From the NCBI GenBank assembly GCA_963702205.1, contig OY969724.1, positions 2,560,001 to 2,624,000 of the forward strand: DNA of 64,000 bases, in the 5' to 3' direction. Source of the DNA: an uncultured candidate division Zixibacteria bacterium. GTDB lineage: Bacteria; Zixibacteria; MSB-5A5; GN15; PGXB01. Both the position numbers and the translations under genes were made by a program. Below are positions 20,723 to 30,807 of this stretch, piece after piece (position 1 is the first letter of the stretch; the number at the start of each line of letters is the position of its first letter). The notes below the pieces were generated by a model, which saw only the letters and a program-made list of their open reading frames with translations, was not told where the DNA came from and made no database searches.

Positions 20723-21397
20723 ATGTTCAGGAAAAATTTCGGAGCCCTTTTGCTTTTAGTGGCGCTCGCTGTCCCGTGGATGCCGACCGCGTCATCGGCC
20801 CTGACAATAACCGGCGGTGATCCGTCGGGCTATGCAGCCTGGGACAATGGCGGCGACGTAATCGGCGAATTCGGAGAAACCGATCAACGCTGGAACAGTG
20901 AATTTACCGGTGTATACTATAATGCGGCCGGATTTCTCGGATTCGGTTTTACGATCGACGATTCATCCCCGACCCTGAATGACGTCATGAACAACCCGCT
21001 AAAGGATTGGCAGTGGCAGCTGAAAATCGAAAATCTCACCAATCCCTTTACCTGCGCGGCGCTCCCCACGATACAGACGTCCGGCGTCAATTCGTACGCC
21101 GACTTCCAGTCCGGAGCCGACTGGGTCGGCGGTTTTATGAGCGACCTGTTCGGCTTTAACAGTGATTACATTTTTGACTGCACGTTCACCGGCCCCAACA
21201 CCGGCTTTGCATCACTGTCGATGGTCGGCAACGTCGATCCCGACTGGTGGCGTTGTCTGCCCGGTACGTACTATCAGGGCTACCAGAGTAAAGCCACGGT
21301 TGTGTTTTCGGTTTCGTCGGTGCCGGAGCCGACGACTCTCGCTTTGTTCGGTCTCGGATTGACCGGCTTAGGTTTAATTCGCAAACCCAAATATTAA
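20723..21397 (+). CDS. PEP-CTERM sorting-domain protein (exosortase target)
   Basis: GAGGA RBS plus ATG 20723; signal peptide; C-terminal VPEPTTLALFGLGLTGLGLIRKPKY. Confidence 0.92.
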   Translation: MFRKNFGALLLLVALAVPWMPTASSALTITGGDPSGYAAWDNGGDVIGEFGETDQRWNSEFTGVYYNAAGFLGFGFTIDDSSPTLNDVMNNPLKDWQWQLKIENLTNPFTCAALPTIQTSGVNSYADFQSGADWVGGFMSDLFGFNSDYIFDCTFTGPNTGFASLSMVGNVDPDWWRCLPGTYYQGYQSKATVVFSVSSVPEPTTLALFGLGLTGLGLIRKPKY

Positions 21398-21420
21398 AAT
21401 ATCCCAGCCCCCAACGAAGC

Positions 21421-21456
21421 GCAGTGCCCCCGGATACCATGTCCGGGGGCATTGTC
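21421..21456 (+). terminator. Hairpin terminator after the PEP-CTERM gene
   Basis: TGCCCCCGGA...TCCGGGGGCA stem followed by a T-rich tail. Confidence 0.7.
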
Positions 21457-21788
21457 ATTTCATTTCACCAATTCGCAGATTCTGCAAGACTCTGCAGTAT
21501 GCAATAGAATCAAAATTCAAATGGAAAATGAAATTTGGGTGACTTTTGGCGATTGTTCAAACTTTAGACATCTGTATCAATGATACGAAAGGCCCGGGTT
21601 CAGAGAAATCGCCAATTAGACAGTTGCGATAAAGCGGTGTCATAAAGACGATTATGCTAAATTGCATGAAATCGAGACATTTAACTATGAATTTATTAAT
21701 AAAATTTCCTCTCAGCGCTTGACATTTTCAAAATTCACCGGATTCTTAAACAAGCAAACATGGGCGCCATTGGCGATTATTCTGAAGG

Positions 21789-21804
21789 CGGCACGTCATT
21801 TGCG
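21789..21804 (+). promoter_or_regulatory. Putative sigma54 promoter for the barrel/DUF11 operon
   Basis: cGGCACGtcatTTGCg, a near-consensus TGGCACG-N4-TTGC with GG-N10-GC spacing. Confidence 0.65.
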
Positions 21805-21896
21805 CGAACCGCACGCGGAAAACTAATAAAAGCGCCTGAATTTATATGCCGGGCGGGACAAAATGATAATTATAACTTGATTCCACGAATAGAGAT

Positions 21897-24425
21897 ATGA
21901 AAATCAAAAACACACTGCTGCATCTGATTGTACCGGGACTGGCCGCTTTGTTAATTACACAGGGAGCCGCCGCCGGTATCGTCAAACGATTTAATCCTGA
22001 AGAAAACAAGCACGACCTGCTCTTGCTTGGATTCGGGGAAATCACTCTGCACGCCCTTGACGTAAAGGGCGACGTGGCTTCGTTCAAAGCCGGAAATCCG
22101 GACTACAACGAGGATTATACCGGCACCTATCGGTCCTCACTTCTGGCCAACGGCAATATCAACCGTCACTTTTTCCTCGACGGCACGGTCGTGGTCGATT
22201 CGAGGCTGGAAAACGAGTACCGCACCAACGACCCGAGGCTGTATCGCCTTCGCCTGTCGATGAAATCGACCGAGCCGCTTTGGGACGGCTGGCGTTTCAC
22301 TGGTGAGGGGCTTTATGATCCCCAGCGTTTGTGGGAGTACGGCAACCTCGACAAGCGGCTGCTGTATCAACCGCAGGTGCCGTCACGGCTGGAATTGATG
22401 GCTCGCCTCGAATCCGATGAGCACGGATATGTCGAAGGCGGGACGCTTCATTCGAGTTTCAGTGACAACCAGTTTACCCTGAAGAATCGGTCCCTGTTCG
22501 GTGCTTTCGCCGATCTGCACGATAAGGCGGTCGGGATCGAAGCCGTCGGCGGTAAGCTCGAAGGCAAGGCTTTCCGCGAGGGAACAGTAACCGGTATCAG
22601 GGCCAACGGCACGACCGGGCCGTACGATTTGACCAACGCCCCGATTGTAAATGGCAGTGAAGAAGTTAAAATCGAAGTTAGAGACCGGTTCGACGAGACG
22701 ACGGTGCTGTCGTCCAAAACGCTGGTCAGGAACGTCGATTATGATATCGACTACGACCGGGGAAGAATTATACTCTACACCCCGGTAGCGAGTGAGAACT
22801 TATCATCCGACCCGATTTATATAGTCATCACGTACGACTACACCCGCGACGCCAACGACGACCTGGCCGGCGCTCGCGTTCGATTGACCCCGCAGGATAA
22901 CGTCGAACTCGGCGGGTCGTACTTGCACCGTTTTATAGACAACAATGCCATCGGAGCCGGTGTCGGCGAGCCCGAGGATCTTTTCGGCGGCGATTTCAAA
23001 ATGGCCGATGATAAATGGGGCAAGGCCTTTGTCGAAGTGGCCGGTTCGCAACAGGAAAATAACAGCAGCAATTATCAGGCGCTCCGGGGCGGAGTGACGG
23101 CCACGCCGATCGAGCATCTTGAACTGACCGGACATTTTCAGAGCATCGACGATCAGTTTCAGTCGTTTACCAACAGTGATCTCGATCCGGTCAAAAATCA
23201 GCGGCGGTTCGGTCTCGGCGGACAGTACGATATAACTGGCAGCCAGCATGTAAGAGCGGATTATACGCAGATTCGCACACTGGATTCGGCCGGTGATTTC
23301 AATTTTTACGACGGCAAACGCGACGAGAAAATAATCTCAGCTGAATATTCGAACAGGCTTGTCAAGCAGTTCGTGCTCGATTTCGGTTTCGAGCGGCGCA
23401 ATATCGAAAACGTCGATAATCCATCAACGGAGGATACCTATCAGAACAGGGCAATCGTTAATTTAAGCGGCTATCAGGACTCCATCAGTTATGTCGGGCG
23501 GTTCGATTACGGTGCTCATTTCGAGCATATCGCTTTCCGCAACAATAATGATTCGGGAGCGGCCAATACCAATACCGAACAGGTGGCCTTGCTTGTTGGT
23601 GCGACACCGCACGACGGATACAGAATCAGTCTGTCTCAGAAGATGGATTTGCTCAAAGACCGCGATCAAAACATCTACGACGACCGCAGAGACGTGACCC
23701 AGGCCCAGATTCGGGTGCAGCCGCACCGCAATCTAAGCGGTCTGGCTACGGCCGAATATAAAAGAACGACGGTGCCGGAGGACAATTTCAAGCTCTGGCA
23801 AAGCGATCCGACCCGTATAGAAAAAGCCGGCAATCTCGCGATCGAATTTCTGCCGGCAACCAAAATTAAAGCTTTGGGAAAAATCGGGCATTATGAAGAC
23901 AAGGGTCTTACAAGTGACCCTAACACCAAGTCATCCGATGACTTTGCTCTGGGCCAACTGACATATTTCCACACCCACCACCTGTCTTTTAACGCCGAAA
24001 GTGAGTATCGACTTCAGTCTCAGAAAGACAGCCTAAATCACTACGAAAAGCTCTGGGACCTGGGTCTCAAGGTCAACTGGAACAGGGACAGGTTCACGGA
24101 ACTTACGGCCGGCATGATCCGGCGCTGGCAGGCGGACCACGATCCGCCGGTGGGGAAGATTACATCGGAATCGTACATTTTACTTCTCAGCGGAGCCGTG
24201 GGTCTGGGCAAGGGCTTTTTCACCCGCGGTTCGGCCAAGAGCATCATGTTGGGCAATTCGCTGGATGACCAGAAAACATATACAATGCTGGAACTGGGCT
24301 ATGAAAATGCCAAATGGTTCAGGGTTTCTGGCGGATATGAACGCATAGAAAACGATCCGGACGAATACCCCGACCGCTATTATCGCGGTCAGGGCGGGTT
24401 CATTCGTCTGGTCGGGAAATTTTAG
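21897..24425 (+). CDS. Putative outer-membrane beta-barrel protein associated with a DUF11/OmpA adhesin
   Basis: Signal peptide; alternating amphipathic strands; C-terminal Phe (GGFIRLVGKF); 'GPYDL...GSEEVKIEVRDR...RNVDYDIDYDRGRI' segment; 11 nt before the next gene. Confidence 0.7.
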   Translation: MKIKNTLLHLIVPGLAALLITQGAAAGIVKRFNPEENKHDLLLLGFGEITLHALDVKGDVASFKAGNPDYNEDYTGTYRSSLLANGNINRHFFLDGTVVVDSRLENEYRTNDPRLYRLRLSMKSTEPLWDGWRFTGEGLYDPQRLWEYGNLDKRLLYQPQVPSRLELMARLESDEHGYVEGGTLHSSFSDNQFTLKNRSLFGAFADLHDKAVGIEAVGGKLEGKAFREGTVTGIRANGTTGPYDLTNAPIVNGSEEVKIEVRDRFDETTVLSSKTLVRNVDYDIDYDRGRIILYTPVASENLSSDPIYIVITYDYTRDANDDLAGARVRLTPQDNVELGGSYLHRFIDNNAIGAGVGEPEDLFGGDFKMADDKWGKAFVEVAGSQQENNSSNYQALRGGVTATPIEHLELTGHFQSIDDQFQSFTNSDLDPVKNQRRFGLGGQYDITGSQHVRADYTQIRTLDSAGDFNFYDGKRDEKIISAEYSNRLVKQFVLDFGFERRNIENVDNPSTEDTYQNRAIVNLSGYQDSISYVGRFDYGAHFEHIAFRNNNDSGAANTNTEQVALLVGATPHDGYRISLSQKMDLLKDRDQNIYDDRRDVTQAQIRVQPHRNLSGLATAEYKRTTVPEDNFKLWQSDPTRIEKAGNLAIEFLPATKIKALGKIGHYEDKGLTSDPNTKSSDDFALGQLTYFHTHHLSFNAESEYRLQSQKDSLNHYEKLWDLGLKVNWNRDRFTELTAGMIRRWQADHDPPVGKITSESYILLLSGAVGLGKGFFTRGSAKSIMLGNSLDDQKTYTMLELGYENAKWFRVSGGYERIENDPDEYPDRYYRGQGGFIRLVGKF

Positions 24426-24436
24426 GAGCGAGGGCC

Positions 24437-27400
24437 ATGACTATGATTAACACAGGAATCATGAAAAAGGCAGTCATGTCGGCGCTCCTGTTAGTCCTGG
24501 GAGTGCTGCTAATAGGGTCCGGGACATTTGCCCAGGATTCAACGCCGCAGGTTTGTCCTCCGGACACGACGACCATGAAACTGATCAAATATGTCGATCT
24601 GACCGAAGCTCATCGGGGTCAGGTCGTAACGTACCTGGTTCGCGTCTATAACGGCTCGGACAGGACAACAGATAATATTGTAATTAAAGACAATATTCCG
24701 GGATTTGTCGATTATGTGAACGGCTCGGCCAATTATCAAGCCGTTTACAACCCCGGCCAAAACGAACTAACCTGGAATCTTCCGCCTCTGGAAGCATACC
24801 AGATGCATCTGCTGCGTTTTCAGGTTATGGTGAAGGATGACGCACAGGATGGTTCGGTAATCGTCAACACGGCGCGTATGACGGCTCCGCGAAACGCCAA
24901 CAGCAATGAAGTTGAGACGATTGTCACGGCGGATCAGCCGCCGTCGTTGCTGCTTATCGGCAAGTCGGTCGACAAACGTTTGGCCCAGATCGGCGATACG
25001 CTGCTGTACACGATCAAACTGACCAATACCGGTGATTCGGTATATCGCGGGATTGTCGTCCACGACAGTATTCCCGAATATGTCGAGTTCGTGTCCGGGA
25101 CGGCCGGAGCGGCCGGAGTCTACGATTCGAACGCGCGCGTCCTTATCTGGAATATACCGGCTGTCGGTTCGGGCGGGGAGATGTCGTTCACTTTCCGCGC
25201 GTCTATCGATGACGTCGCAGCCGCCGGTAACGAAGTTCGCAACTATGCCGACTTGATCGAACCGAAAACCTGCCGGTCCAATCCGGCTATAACTCTGATC
25301 AAACCGCCGGACCCGACGCCGCGAGTACTATTAACCAAATATGTCGATCACGATCAGATCGATAAGGGCGGTGTATTGACCTATAATCTGCGCATTCACA
25401 ACAACCGCAATTATGCTCTCTATGATGTAGCTGTTGAGGATGAGATACCGCAGTACACGTCGTATATCGCAGGCAGCGCCACCTCTGGCGGCAGCTTTGA
25501 TAATTCCGAGAATAAAGTCACCTGGACATTTCCGGGCCTGGCGGCCTACGAAACCATCATGGTCGGATTTAGAGCCCAGGTTGATGATAACGCCCCCAAT
25601 TACGGCAAAATATACAACCACGGTCTGGTGGTTTCACCCGATTCGCTGGAAAGTAATATAGTCGAAACGCTGATACTTCCCGATTCGACGGCTCTGGCCG
25701 TGCTCAGGATCACCAAGGAAGTCGACAAGAGAGAGGCTTATGTTTTCGATACTCTGAATTACAGCATTCTTGTCGAAAATACCGGCGATGATATCGCTCA
25801 CGATGTTAGCGTTACTGATGCTATACCGGCATTTACCACTCTGGTAAACGGCAGTATTACCGGCGGCGGCAGTTATGATAACGGCTCAAGTACGATATCG
25901 TGGATGATAAATGAACTCTGGCCGGGTGCATCGGTAACGTTTCATTTCAAATCATCAATTAATGACCTGACCCCGTACTTGTCGGATATCATTAATATCG
26001 CCACGATCAATCTGCCTGATTCCTCGCTGAGCGATACCGTCTATACAAAGGTTCTTCCGACTCCGAAACCGGAGTTGCATATTGATAAAAATGTCGATTC
26101 GACACGGGCATACGCCGGCGACACCCTGACTTATACGCTTGATATTTCAAATTCCGGCAATGCCTCGGCTTCGGATGTAAACGTTAATGACTATATACCT
26201 GAACATACAACCTATATCGCCGGAAGCGTCGACGCTCTCGGTTCATACAATGACACCGAAAAACGGGTCGAATGGAACCTGGGTGACATCACGGCGGGAG
26301 GATCCTCGGATCAGCTAAGCTTCAGCGTGGTTCTGGATAAAGACCTGACGGCCGGTGAGATAGTAACCAATATAGGTTTGATAATCCTGGCCGATTCGAG
26401 CGTGGCCGATACGGTCACGACCACAATCGCTGCACCGCCGGTGCCGAAACTTGAAATCGATAAAACCGTCGATTCGCTGACCGCGTACCCGGGTGACACG
26501 CTTAAGTATACGCTTAAGGTTAGCAACTCCGGTGCGACCGTGGCCGGTGACGTGATCGTTTTCGATCCCGTGCCGGAATACGCGACTTATATTCCGTCGA
26601 GCGTTGGGCCGCTTGGTATTTACAACAATGGCCAGAATCGAGTTGAATGGAATATCGGTGATATGGACCCCGGTGAAGATATCGACCTATATTTCCGGGT
26701 AGTACTCGATAATGATTTGACCCAGGGTGATATTGTCACCAATATCGGTTCGATAATTCTTGCAGACTCGACCGTGGCCGATACGGTATCGACCGATATC
26801 GTGCTTCCGCCGAAACCTCATTTGAATATTTCCAAGAAAGTCGACACCGCTTTTGCTTCGCCCGGCGATACTCTTCTGTATACGGTAACGGTGGAAAACG
26901 ACGGCACCGCCGTCGCCGAAAACGCCCTTGTTGCCGACACGATACCGGTTAAAACCACGTACATTGACGGGTCGGCGTCGCATGGCGGTATATATGACAG
27001 CGACAATCGAACCATAAACTGGACTATTCCAACTCTGGCTGTCAGTCAGAAGATTGATCTCAATTTCCGGTTGACTATCGATGATGATATTGCAATCGGT
27101 GCCATTATCCGCAACGTGGCTCATATATTCGAACCGGACACTCTGATCAGCGATACGACCAGCACGGAAATTATTCCTCCACCGGCGCCGCATCTTGAAA
27201 TCGACAAAAAGGTCGATCCGACCGATGCCAATCCGGGCGCAACACTGCACTATAATATCTCGATCCGGAATACGGGAACGGCCTCGGCCAGGAATATTGT
27301 CCTTGTCGATACGCTCCCGCTACTGGTCGACTACGTGGAGAATACATCCAATCCGGTCGCCGAATATAATTCCGACAATCATACATTAAAATGGACCATA

Positions 27401-30400
27401 GAGAATCTGGGCATCGATGCCTCGGACGTCTTCCTGTTCGACGCCAAGGTTAAGTCCAATATATTTTCTGAAATCGATATCGATAACTCGGCCTATGCCA
27501 CCTACAAAGACTCGACTATCGCGGACACGGCGACGACTCATGTTACCCCTCTGGTATGGCCGATTCTGCACATAGATAAAACCGTCAACTGGCCGACCGC
27601 GGCCTCAGGGGATACCCTGACCTATAATCTTAATATCACCAATACCGGCACGGCCTATGCAGAAAATGTATCCATTCGGGACGCCATTCCGGATTATGTC
27701 ACATATGTCGCGGGCAGTGCCTCCGGAAATGGCGCATTCAATTCGAACGATGGCAGTGTCAACTGGGAACTCAGCGCGGTCATGACAAGAGTAGATTACG
27801 ATTTAAGCTTCAAGGTCAAAGTGAACGAAGGTGCGCCGATCGGCCACTATATCACCAACTATGGTGACATAGTATTTCCTGACAGCACCATCACCGACTC
27901 AGCAAAAACGTTGATCACAGAGCCGTCGGAAACCGATTTGATCGTAACCAAGGCTGTCGATTCGACCGTGGCTGCGCCGAACAGCATATTGTCATACACC
28001 GTTTTTGTTTCCAACCGAGGCGAAAACATGGCCCGCAACGTGGTGATAAAAGACGTCATGCCGACTCATACGACCTATGTTCTGAACACGGCTTCACACG
28101 GCGGCATGTACGATCCATTGGGTGATATCCTGACGTGGCTGTTCGGGACCATTGATCCCAAAACCACTATAGAATTGCACTATCAGGCGCGCATCAATAA
28201 TAACGCGGCGCTGGGTGCGAAGGTCGAAAATATCGCGGTGATGACACACCCGATAAGTACGCAGAGCAATAAAGTAATAACCATAGTAAACTTCCCGACC
28301 GGGATAGAAGACGTCACGATTGTCAACGCCGTCGATAAAGACCGCGCGGCTCCGGAAGACACGCTGACGTATACGATCACTCTGACCAACACCGAAGCCG
28401 ATGACGTTGACAATATCGTGGTCGTCGATACTCTACCCGATGAAGTCAACTTCGTTCCCGGTTCGGCAACCGGCGGCGGGTATTTTACCAGCGGTATAAC
28501 TCTGGCGCAGGCCAGCGGTTATGTCAGCTGGGATGTCGGGACGCTGGCGGGCAACACATCGACCGAGCTCGAGTTCAAGGCGATAATCAAGGCCGCTGTT
28601 CCCAACGGGACCGCCATTCTCAACCAGGCCAACATAACCTCGCCCGAAGAAGTGCCCGGCAACGCGGTGCAGACGATTGTCGACGTGAACGTGAATCAGG
28701 CTCCATCGCTGCTCGCAGTCAAGACGGTCGATCGTGCCAACGCCATGACCGGCGAGATTGTCAACTATACTATCGAAGTTGAAAATACATCCGACGTCAC
28801 CGCCGATGACGTCCTGGTGTATGACCGTATGCCGACCGGATTCTACTACGCCGAAAATTCCACGCGCATCGACGGCAAGATGGCCGACAATCCTATATCG
28901 CACGATCCGTACACCTGGAATATTGGTTCTGTCGATCCGAGTGAAACCGTCAAGCTCGAATACAAAGTCATAGTCGGCGCTTCGGTGCAGCCGGGAATAA
29001 ATGAAAACGTCGCCTGGGCGGTAACCGAATCCGAAACATACGGGCGCATCATGTCACCTGAAACGACGGCTCGCATCAATATCAGGTCGACGACGCTTCC
29101 CGGCGCGATTCGTGGCACGGTCATTGTCGATTGCGACCACGATGGCATGGTCGATTCCGATTCGATACCGCGCGGCATCGACCTGTTCCTCGATGATGGT
29201 TCGCAGTCCCAGGCTAACCTGAGTGGTATATTTTACTTCAGCACCGTCACGGCCGGTGAGCACGTGGTCACGATTGACGTGCGCGACCTCAAAGGTTATC
29301 GACTGGCCGACGGACAGCAGGCTTCGGTGTTCGTGCACGTGCACGAAGCCGGGGAATCCTACGTGATCTTCCGCATCTGCCCCGAAACTCCGAGTATCAA
29401 GGTGGACAAGAAGGCTTCGCTGCTGCCGAAGGTTAAAGTGACCAAGAACGCTGCAATAAATAAAAGCGACCTGAACGATACATCGGGTGTCAAGATCGAC
29501 TATGAAATTCAGATCCAAACCAACGGCGGGGCGATCCCGACCAATGTCAAAGTAGTCGATTCGTTCCCGGACGAAACCAAGCTGATCATCCACGAAAATC
29601 AACCGATTATGCCGGTTCGAAAGAATAACGTTCTCTCGTACGATCTTACCGCAGGTAAAGAACGTATGGAACAGAGCGTCTTCTATTCGCTTCAGGATCT
29701 GGCGCCCGGCGTCAGGAAGTTCCTGACCAACCGGATTCATCTGGAAGGAGCATCCGGTATTGCCTCGCAAAGCGATATACAGATGGTTTCGCACGAAGCC
29801 GAGGTGTCGGTCGGCCCATTCCAGCGTATTCCTGTCAACGACATTAAACTGGACGTCGTCGGTGCCTACTTCAAAACCTCCAAGGCCTATTTACAACCCG
29901 AGGCGATTCCGGTGTTAACGCAGTTGACCGACTCGATTCAGAAGTATGCCGACGCTCCGGTGAAGGTGGAAGGCCATGCCGACTATCGGCGCATCCACAC
30001 GAAGGAATTCCCGTCGAACTGGGAATTGTCCACGGCTCGCGCAAAAACGGTGGCCGACTGGCTGATCCGTGAAGGCGGCATTGACAGCCTCAGAATATCC
30101 TATGAAGGCTTTGCGGCCACGCGTCCGGTTGATACCGGTCATACCGAATCAGCCTGGCGCAAGAACCGCCGGGTGGAAGTCCTGTTGAAGGGTCGAACCG
30201 GCGGCAATGTCGAAATGGCCGATCTTCTCGATCAGAAATGGTCGTCGTGGACCGCCATCGAGTTGGAACCGGCCCGGTACGACACCGAATTTACCCTGGC
30301 CGCGACGCCTCTCGAAACCGGCCTCGATGACACCTGGGAAGTCTGGCTGGTTGTCACCAATGACGGCGTTATCCCGGCCAAAGAGACCGAACTGGTGGAT

Positions 30401-30655
30401 TTCATACCTTATGGCGCTCATTATGTCGACGGCAGCGCCACGGTCGACGGACGGAAATTCTTCGCAGAAAGACACGAACACGGTCTGTTGTTTAAGATTG
30501 GCAGCCTTGAGCCGAGTCAGACCATGAATATAAAGTACAAGATTCAGGCCGATGAGGGCAGTCGCCCGGCCGGAGGCGGAGAAGCCACGGTTGACGCGGT
30601 TTCGCCCGGCGGCCAGGCCTGTCAGCAAAAATCAAATCCTGTTACTTTTAAATAG
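24437..30655 (+). CDS. Giant DUF11 (conserved repeat domain) adhesin-like protein with 12 tandem repeats, an SdrD-B-like domain, an OmpA peptidoglycan-binding domain and additional DUF11 units
   Basis: 12 copies of 'I.K.VD...A..GD.L.Y.....N.G......V.D.IP....Y..GS'; OmpA/MotB motifs VEGHAD, NWELSTARA, KNRRVEV; AGGAG RBS. Confidence 0.9.
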   Translation: MTMINTGIMKKAVMSALLLVLGVLLIGSGTFAQDSTPQVCPPDTTTMKLIKYVDLTEAHRGQVVTYLVRVYNGSDRTTDNIVIKDNIPGFVDYVNGSANYQAVYNPGQNELTWNLPPLEAYQMHLLRFQVMVKDDAQDGSVIVNTARMTAPRNANSNEVETIVTADQPPSLLLIGKSVDKRLAQIGDTLLYTIKLTNTGDSVYRGIVVHDSIPEYVEFVSGTAGAAGVYDSNARVLIWNIPAVGSGGEMSFTFRASIDDVAAAGNEVRNYADLIEPKTCRSNPAITLIKPPDPTPRVLLTKYVDHDQIDKGGVLTYNLRIHNNRNYALYDVAVEDEIPQYTSYIAGSATSGGSFDNSENKVTWTFPGLAAYETIMVGFRAQVDDNAPNYGKIYNHGLVVSPDSLESNIVETLILPDSTALAVLRITKEVDKREAYVFDTLNYSILVENTGDDIAHDVSVTDAIPAFTTLVNGSITGGGSYDNGSSTISWMINELWPGASVTFHFKSSINDLTPYLSDIINIATINLPDSSLSDTVYTKVLPTPKPELHIDKNVDSTRAYAGDTLTYTLDISNSGNASASDVNVNDYIPEHTTYIAGSVDALGSYNDTEKRVEWNLGDITAGGSSDQLSFSVVLDKDLTAGEIVTNIGLIILADSSVADTVTTTIAAPPVPKLEIDKTVDSLTAYPGDTLKYTLKVSNSGATVAGDVIVFDPVPEYATYIPSSVGPLGIYNNGQNRVEWNIGDMDPGEDIDLYFRVVLDNDLTQGDIVTNIGSIILADSTVADTVSTDIVLPPKPHLNISKKVDTAFASPGDTLLYTVTVENDGTAVAENALVADTIPVKTTYIDGSASHGGIYDSDNRTINWTIPTLAVSQKIDLNFRLTIDDDIAIGAIIRNVAHIFEPDTLISDTTSTEIIPPPAPHLEIDKKVDPTDANPGATLHYNISIRNTGTASARNIVLVDTLPLLVDYVENTSNPVAEYNSDNHTLKWTIENLGIDASDVFLFDAKVKSNIFSEIDIDNSAYATYKDSTIADTATTHVTPLVWPILHIDKTVNWPTAASGDTLTYNLNITNTGTAYAENVSIRDAIPDYVTYVAGSASGNGAFNSNDGSVNWELSAVMTRVDYDLSFKVKVNEGAPIGHYITNYGDIVFPDSTITDSAKTLITEPSETDLIVTKAVDSTVAAPNSILSYTVFVSNRGENMARNVVIKDVMPTHTTYVLNTASHGGMYDPLGDILTWLFGTIDPKTTIELHYQARINNNAALGAKVENIAVMTHPISTQSNKVITIVNFPTGIEDVTIVNAVDKDRAAPEDTLTYTITLTNTEADDVDNIVVVDTLPDEVNFVPGSATGGGYFTSGITLAQASGYVSWDVGTLAGNTSTELEFKAIIKAAVPNGTAILNQANITSPEEVPGNAVQTIVDVNVNQAPSLLAVKTVDRANAMTGEIVNYTIEVENTSDVTADDVLVYDRMPTGFYYAENSTRIDGKMADNPISHDPYTWNIGSVDPSETVKLEYKVIVGASVQPGINENVAWAVTESETYGRIMSPETTARINIRSTTLPGAIRGTVIVDCDHDGMVDSDSIPRGIDLFLDDGSQSQANLSGIFYFSTVTAGEHVVTIDVRDLKGYRLADGQQASVFVHVHEAGESYVIFRICPETPSIKVDKKASLLPKVKVTKNAAINKSDLNDTSGVKIDYEIQIQTNGGAIPTNVKVVDSFPDETKLIIHENQPIMPVRKNNVLSYDLTAGKERMEQSVFYSLQDLAPGVRKFLTNRIHLEGASGIASQSDIQMVSHEAEVSVGPFQRIPVNDIKLDVVGAYFKTSKAYLQPEAIPVLTQLTDSIQKYADAPVKVEGHADYRRIHTKEFPSNWELSTARAKTVADWLIREGGIDSLRISYEGFAATRPVDTGHTESAWRKNRRVEVLLKGRTGGNVEMADLLDQKWSSWTAIELEPARYDTEFTLAATPLETGLDDTWEVWLVVTNDGVIPAKETELVDFIPYGAHYVDGSATVDGRKFFAERHEHGLLFKIGSLEPSQTMNIKYKIQADEGSRPAGGGEATVDAVSPGGQACQQKSNPVTFK

Positions 30656-30679
30656 GCCAGCATTAAAGGACAGGAAGCA

Positions 30680-30710
30680 AAGGGCCCCCATGTTTGCCGG
30701 GGGCCTTTTC
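30680..30710 (+). terminator. Intrinsic terminator
   Basis: GGCCCCC...GGGGGCC followed by TTTTC. Confidence 0.75.
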
Positions 30711-30807
30711 ATTTGGGTCAAATATCATTTGGGGCAAAATAGATTCTCTTTATATTTGATTAAAGATGTGATTCGATTTAAAATATCCGATGTTATAAAC
30801 AAGTGCT

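Noticed and set aside
1..30655. Diversity-generating retroelement acting on the repeat-rich surface genes
   Set aside because: No reverse transcriptase, and no near-identical template/variable repeat pair with A-specific mismatches was noticed.
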